Of a stretch of 64,000 nucleotides of DNA, positions 59,133 to 64,000 are shown one piece after another. The notes under the pieces are model-generated. The model searched no databases. It saw only the letters and a list, made by a program, of their open reading frames with translations, and had not been told where the DNA came from. Position numbers and translations under genes: made by a program. This stretch comes from an uncultured Verrucomicrobiae bacterium (lineage in GTDB: Bacteria; Verrucomicrobiota; Verrucomicrobiia; Limisphaerales; Palsa-1400), in the NCBI GenBank assembly GCA_963764165.1, contig CAVXRD010000001.1, positions 864,001 through 928,000 of the forward strand, read 5' to 3'. How positions within the stretch are numbered: position 1 is the stretch's first letter; each line of letters begins with the position of its first letter.

Positions 59133-59627
59133 GCCCGGATGGACCGGGCGAACCAGCCTGCAACCAGCCAACTATTCTGCAGAAAGTGTCCGCCGAATCG
59201 GCGGGTAATCCAAAAGCATTCATGCACGTTCTTTTAGCAGGCGCATTCTGTATGAATGGATAAATGATGTCACGGTTGGAAACGCGTAATATATGGGGCG
59301 CCTAACGGCACTCACCGGACATGGCGTTTCGACAACGCTGGTGAAAACCTGCAATGATAACGAGCCACTGTCAATTAAATCCGTTAAGCGCATCGTCCGC
59401 CCAGTTTCCCAGTTTCTTCGTCCCTTGCTTCGTGAGCATCAACCGGTTAAACTGCGGCCATAAGTGTGACTGCCATGCCCAGCGTCGAGAGCGATTGTCG
59501 AAAAGAAGTTTGCCAGCCAAATCCAGCAGCAGCATAGCGCCATAACCAGCCTTTTGGTTTAACGTGCTGCGACTGGTCTGCGACACAGTCGCGCTCCGCA
59601 TAAGGTCCCTCACCCATCACCCACGCT

Positions 59628-62600
59628 TCAGTTGATGAAGAAAAACTCGTTGGAGATCAGGAGCACTTGCGCGAACTTATCCCACGTCGCCAGTGGCTTG
59701 ACTTGCGTGCCGGGGAGGAGGAAGTTCTCGCGAGCGTCCCATAGACCCGTCAAACCGGTCGTTTCCGCGTCCGTCCGCGCCATCAGGACTCGCGGGGCCC
59801 ACTCGAAATAGTTGGCGCGCATTCCTGGCAAAGCTTCGACCATGAAATCGATCGTGTCGCCCTCGCGCACTTCAATGTTATCGAGGGTTGTCATGACCGC
59901 GCCGCTTCGCACCTGCCATTCGTTCAGCAATCCGAGGCGGCTGGAGACGACGAGTCCCTGCCCCGCGCCCTTGGTCGCCAGTTCGCCGCTGATGGAAATG
60001 ACGCCGTCCCGCGGCGCGATCCATCGGCGGATGGCGGCGACGCTGGCTTTGCCGGGAATGCCGCCAGCCGCGTTAAGCTGCACAAAACCCAAACGCGCCT
60101 GAGAGCTGGCGTCTGTTGTCCAGGCGCCGTTTCTGAAATTGGACAGCTTCTGGAAATCCTTCGTGCGCTGGCTCGAATCGTCGAAGAAGCCGGCGCCGTA
60201 ATCCCACGCGGAAGTCGCGGGTTCCACCGCGGCGGCCGACGGCTGCTCACGCGCGTATTCCTCTGCCAGTTCCAGCTCGCGGCCAGTCGGCTGGCGCTGG
60301 AAAAGCAGGCGGTACATCCGCGCGACAGTGGCGGCAGCGTTGTTGGAAGACGCGCCGCAGTGCGCGGCCACGGCCCGCGCGCATTGCGAGATGAGAGGGC
60401 CATTGAGCAAATACAAGGCCTGCGGCGCAACGATGGTCTCGAACCGGCCAGGCGTGCTCGTGTTGGGATCAGCGAAATCAAAGGTGCGAAAAAGGGAGGG
60501 CAGCTTTTGGCGGTCGATATAGGCATAAACTGTGCGGCGCGCGGGCGCGGTGTTTGAAGTGATGTCCACCGGGTGGCCGCCCACCGTGAAATCCAATTCC
60601 CCCGCGACCGACAGCAGAGAATCGCGCATGGCTTCGAAATCGAGACGCACGGGATTCATGCGCCAATACCGGGTATTGTCTGGATCCGTTTTGGAGACGG
60701 CCGCGTCGTAGGTGCTCGCTTGTTGATAGACACTGGAGAGCATGATGAGCCGGTGCAGCTTTTTGAGCGACCAACCGTCCCGCATGAAGCGCGCGGCCAT
60801 GTAATCCAGCAACCCGGCTTGCAAAGGGCGCTCGGAGCGCAGTCCAAAATCACCCGGCGTCGACACGAGCGGCGCGCCGAAGTGATGCATCCAAACGCGA
60901 TTGACAAACACGCGCGCGGTCAGCGGATTTTGCGGACTGACGATGTCCTCCGCCAATTGCAATCGCCCGCTGGCTTTTTCGGGGAACGGTTGCTCTCCCG
61001 GCTGGGCCAGAATCGAGAGAAACTCGCGTGGCGCCTCGGGCCCGCGCGTTTCTGGATTGCCGCGCAGGAACACTTTGGAATTGGCGGGATGCGGTTTGTC
61101 CAGCAAGACCATGGCCCGCGGCGGCGCCCCGGGATCGGTCGCCTCAATGTCCGCCAGCTTCCCCCTGAGCGCGTCGATCCTGTCGCGCATGGAATCGTCA
61201 ATTATATTTAGATTGGTCAATTCGGCGCGCGGCGGATTGAGCGGCGAATCCGGGGCCTCGGCAAACGCAATCAATTCGATCGCGTTGTCATCGCCAGTGC
61301 CAATCGCCGAGAAAACTTGATTGTATGTCGAAGCGGCGTCTTCCAAATTGGCAAAAACCCTGCCGGAAAAAGCCCTGGCCACAAACGGATTCAGGTCGGC
61401 GCCGGTGTATTTGGAGGCGCCGGCCGCCAGAGCCTTCCACGGGGCAAACAGCCGCCCGTGGTTTGTTTCGATCTGCGCCAGATTTGTTTTCCAGCTCAAG
61501 TAGACGGATTTGTGGAGGCCGCGCTCGCGGACCAAGTCGTCTTCAGCGACGGAGTTGCTGGCCAGGGGAGCGGCGTCATGCACGGCCAGCAGGTAGTCTC
61601 CCACCCGCCTGCGCAAGTTCTCGATCACCGCCACTTCGTTGGAACGCGCGCAATCATCCAGCATGGCTTGGGTGGCCTGAATTTTGGCCAGGTAATTCGT
61701 GTAAGCCTCGGACGGAGGCGCGGTCAGCAGCGGCAAATCGGGAGGCTCAGCCGAACTGTTGAAAACGCCGTGCAGCGAATAATAATCGCGCGCCGGTATG
61801 GGATCGAATTTGTGGTCGTGGCAGCGGGCGCAATTGACCGTCAAACCCAGCAATCCGCGCGAAACCACATCGATCCTGTCGTCAATAATATCGTTTTCGT
61901 TCCCGGAGAATCGGCGGCCGACCGTCAAGAAACCCAGGGCCGCCAGATTCCGGTGCTCGTTCGCGCTGGCGGGCAATTGATCGGCCGCCAGTTGTTCGAG
62001 GATGAATTGGTTGACCGGCTCGTCTTCGTTGCAGGCGCGGATCACGTAATCGCGATAAGTGTAGGCGTAAGGCAGCCTCGCGCTGTCGCGCCCGCTGGCG
62101 CTGCCGCTCGTGTCCGCGTATCGGGCCACGTCGAGCCAGTAGCGGCCCCAGCGCTCGCCGTAGCGCGGGGAGGCCAGCAGGCGGTCCACCACTGTGGCGA
62201 AGGCGTCCTTGGAGCGATCGGCCAAAAAGGCGTCCACCTCCTCCGGCGTGGGCGGAAGACCTGTCAAATCAAAAGTCGCGCGGCGAATCAGCGCGCGCTT
62301 GTCCGCCGGGGGCGACGGATGCAGGTTTTTGGCCTGCAAATTCTCGAGGATGAAGGCGTCAAGCGGTGTGCTTATCCATTTCTTGAGCTTGCGGACTTTT
62401 GGCACGGCCGGCTCGGTGATCGGTTGAAAGGCCCAATGCTTGCGCGCCGCCTCCAGCGATTGAGACGCCACGCTGGCGCCAGCCTCGCGCGGGTCCGGCG
62501 CGCCCATTTTCACCCACTCCCGCAAGTCCTCAATTTGCGCATCGCTGAGTTTGTGGTTTTTGGGCGGCATCTTCAAATCCGGGTCTTCATAGCCGATGGC

Positions 62601-62891
62601 CTTGATGAGAAGACTGTCTTCAGGACGACCGGGCACAATCGCGGCCCCGCTGTCACCGCCCTTGAGAAGATCATCGCGCGTGTCAAGCATGAAGCCGCCA
62701 TGAACCTTCTCGCTATGATGGCTGTGGCATCGGTAACAATTCTCGGCCAGCACGGGCCGGACTTTGCTTTCGAAGAAATCCAGGCCCGCCTGGGAGACGG
62801 CATTCGTGGCGGCAGAAACAGTCCAGCAGGCAAAAGACAATCCAACGGCGATAAGACTCGCTCTAAAACGCGCCAGGGCGCCCGCACTCAT
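59628..62891 (-). CDS. Planctomycete cytochrome c / DUF1549 / DUF1553 domain protein
   Basis: FFESKVRPVL.ENCYRCH, HWAFQP, RRATFDLTGLPPT, YGERWGRYWLDVARYAD, CARCHDHKFDP, NPLTARVFVNRVW, LLISNEFFFIN. Confidence 0.95.
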   Translation of the reverse strand: MSAGALARFRASLIAVGLSFACWTVSAATNAVSQAGLDFFESKVRPVLAENCYRCHSHHSEKVHGGFMLDTRDDLLKGGDSGAAIVPGRPEDSLLIKAIGYEDPDLKMPPKNHKLSDAQIEDLREWVKMGAPDPREAGASVASQSLEAARKHWAFQPITEPAVPKVRKLKKWISTPLDAFILENLQAKNLHPSPPADKRALIRRATFDLTGLPPTPEEVDAFLADRSKDAFATVVDRLLASPRYGERWGRYWLDVARYADTSGSASGRDSARLPYAYTYRDYVIRACNEDEPVNQFILEQLAADQLPASANEHRNLAALGFLTVGRRFSGNENDIIDDRIDVVSRGLLGLTVNCARCHDHKFDPIPARDYYSLHGVFNSSAEPPDLPLLTAPPSEAYTNYLAKIQATQAMLDDCARSNEVAVIENLRRRVGDYLLAVHDAAPLASNSVAEDDLVRERGLHKSVYLSWKTNLAQIETNHGRLFAPWKALAAGASKYTGADLNPFVARAFSGRVFANLEDAASTYNQVFSAIGTGDDNAIELIAFAEAPDSPLNPPRAELTNLNIIDDSMRDRIDALRGKLADIEATDPGAPPRAMVLLDKPHPANSKVFLRGNPETRGPEAPREFLSILAQPGEQPFPEKASGRLQLAEDIVSPQNPLTARVFVNRVWMHHFGAPLVSTPGDFGLRSERPLQAGLLDYMAARFMRDGWSLKKLHRLIMLSSVYQQASTYDAAVSKTDPDNTRYWRMNPVRLDFEAMRDSLLSVAGELDFTVGGHPVDITSNTAPARRTVYAYIDRQKLPSLFRTFDFADPNTSTPGRFETIVAPQALYLLNGPLISQCARAVAAHCGASSNNAAATVARMYRLLFQRQPTGRELELAEEYAREQPSAAAVEPATSAWDYGAGFFDDSSQRTKDFQKLSNFRNGAWTTDASSQARLGFVQLNAAGGIPGKASVAAIRRWIAPRDGVISISGELATKGAGQGLVVSSRLGLLNEWQVRSGAVMTTLDNIEVREGDTIDFMVEALPGMRANYFEWAPRVLMARTDAETTGLTGLWDARENFLLPGTQVKPLATWDKFAQVLLISNEFFFIN

Positions 62892-62893
62892 GA

Positions 62894-64000
62894 TTACGCC
62901 AGCAGCGCCTGCACCACGCTGCCCTCGGCACCGGTAAGCCGGAAGTCGCGGCCGGCGCTGCGATACGTCAGCTTCGTGTGGTCGAAGCCGAGGGTTTGCA
63001 GGATGGTGGCGTGCAGATCGGCGATTCCGACTTTGTCTTTGACAGCGTTGCAGCCGAATTGATCGGTCGCGCCGTGAACGTAGCCGCCTTTGACGCCGCC
63101 GCCAGCCATCCAAATCGAAAAGCCGGTGGAGTTATGATCGCGGCCCTGGCCTCTGCCGCCGGCACTGTTTGAATTGATGTCGCTGGTCGGGGTGCGGCCA
63201 AATTCGCCGCCCCAAATCACCAGCGTTTCCTCCAAAAGGCCCCGCTGCTTGAGATCGGCCAATAGAGCGGCGATGGGCTGGTCGCAATCCATGGCGGACT
63301 GGCGAAGGCCACTCTCGATTTGCGTGTGATGGTCCCAGCCGTTGTGCCACGCTTGAACAAACCGGACACCGCGCTCGATCAGGCGGCGCGTAATAAGAAG
63401 CTGCCGGCCCTGCGGGGTGTCGCCGTAAAGGGCGCGAATGCCGGGCGGTTCGCCAGTCAAGTCGAAGGCATCGCTCGCGGCGATCTGCATGTGGAAGGCG
63501 GTTTCGAACGATTGAATACGGCTCTCCAGCGGACCTTCCTCGGCGCACGTTTTAGCGTGCTCTTCCTCGAGGCGATGCAGCAAATCCAGTTGGCGGCGTT
63601 GCTCCGGCAGCGAGGTGGTGGGGCTGCGGATATATTCGATAAGTTTCTCGATCCGCACATTGTGGGTCTCCAGGTAAGTGCCTTGGAAACTCCCGGGCAG
63701 GAACGCGCTCTGCCAGTTTTGTTCGCCGAGCAGGGGCCGTCCGTTGGGGCTCAGCGCGATAAAGCCGGGCAGATTCTGGTTTTCCGTACCCAGGCCGTAG
63801 GTCACCCACGAACCCATGCTCGGCCGGGGGAATCGTGATTCGCCCGTGTTCATGTTCAACATCGCAATGTCGTGGCTCGGCACGGCGGTCTGCATCGAAC
63901 GGATGATGGTCATGTCATCCACATGCTGGGCCAACCGCGGGAAAACTTCGCTGACCTCAATGCCGCTCTGCCCGTGCCGTCTGAATTGGAAAGGCGAGGG
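62894..64000 (-). CDS. DUF1501 (sulfatase-like) protein, 5'-truncated by window edge
   Basis: RPSMGSWVTYGLGTENQNLPGF, RRLIERGVRFVQ, WDHH, WGGEFGRTP, GRDH, DLHATIL. Confidence 0.95.
   Translation of the reverse strand, partial: PSPFQFRRHGQSGIEVSEVFPRLAQHVDDMTIIRSMQTAVPSHDIAMLNMNTGESRFPRPSMGSWVTYGLGTENQNLPGFIALSPNGRPLLGEQNWQSAFLPGSFQGTYLETHNVRIEKLIEYIRSPTTSLPEQRRQLDLLHRLEEEHAKTCAEEGPLESRIQSFETAFHMQIAASDAFDLTGEPPGIRALYGDTPQGRQLLITRRLIERGVRFVQAWHNGWDHHTQIESGLRQSAMDCDQPIAALLADLKQRGLLEETLVIWGGEFGRTPTSDINSNSAGGRGQGRDHNSTGFSIWMAGGGVKGGYVHGATDQFGCNAVKDKVGIADLHATILQTLGFDHTKLTYRSAGRDFRLTGAEGSVVQALLA

Noticed and set aside
59371..59613. ORF between the NYN region and the DUF1553 stop
   Set aside because: Its 5' part is REP sequence and the remainder has no recognisable motif; possibly a gene fragment but not supportable.

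Overview
GC-rich bacterial chromosomal segment. The gene repertoire (DUF1549/DUF1553 and DUF1501 genes, an H-X9-DG pilin-like gene, ECF sigma factors with long C-terminal extensions, Thr/Asn-rich surface proteins) points to Verrucomicrobia, probably Pedosphaera-like; this is inference. Positions 1-48.5 kb are mostly core or semi-core genes: a general-stress cluster with a two-component system (2.4-14 kb), a rhamnosidase/pilin/sensor carbohydrate locus (14-23 kb), ppk1, thiH-thiS, nadA, lysC, three ECF sigma factors and several secreted proteins. Positions 48.6-59.6 kb are a patchwork accessory region directly downstream of the DUF1553 gene, whose 3' end occurs three times (59628, 55039, 48804), suggesting successive integrations into a protein-coding gene. 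This region holds tRNA-Ser and tRNA-Gly fragments, nested MITEs and REPs, two 47-48 bp palindromes at truncation junctions, an ISAs1 remnant, two PIN-type toxin-antitoxin pairs, an S53 protease, and a NYN nuclease with a divergent promoter-hairpin-terminator unit (candidate RNA partner). No integrase, CRISPR array, rRNA or complete tRNA was seen. Best candidates for under-described systems: the gene-3'-end integration hotspot, the NYN plus small RNA unit, and a shared C-terminal domain ending in an FYRL-like motif on five unrelated secreted proteins. All family assignments come from motif recognition by eye; no database searches were run.
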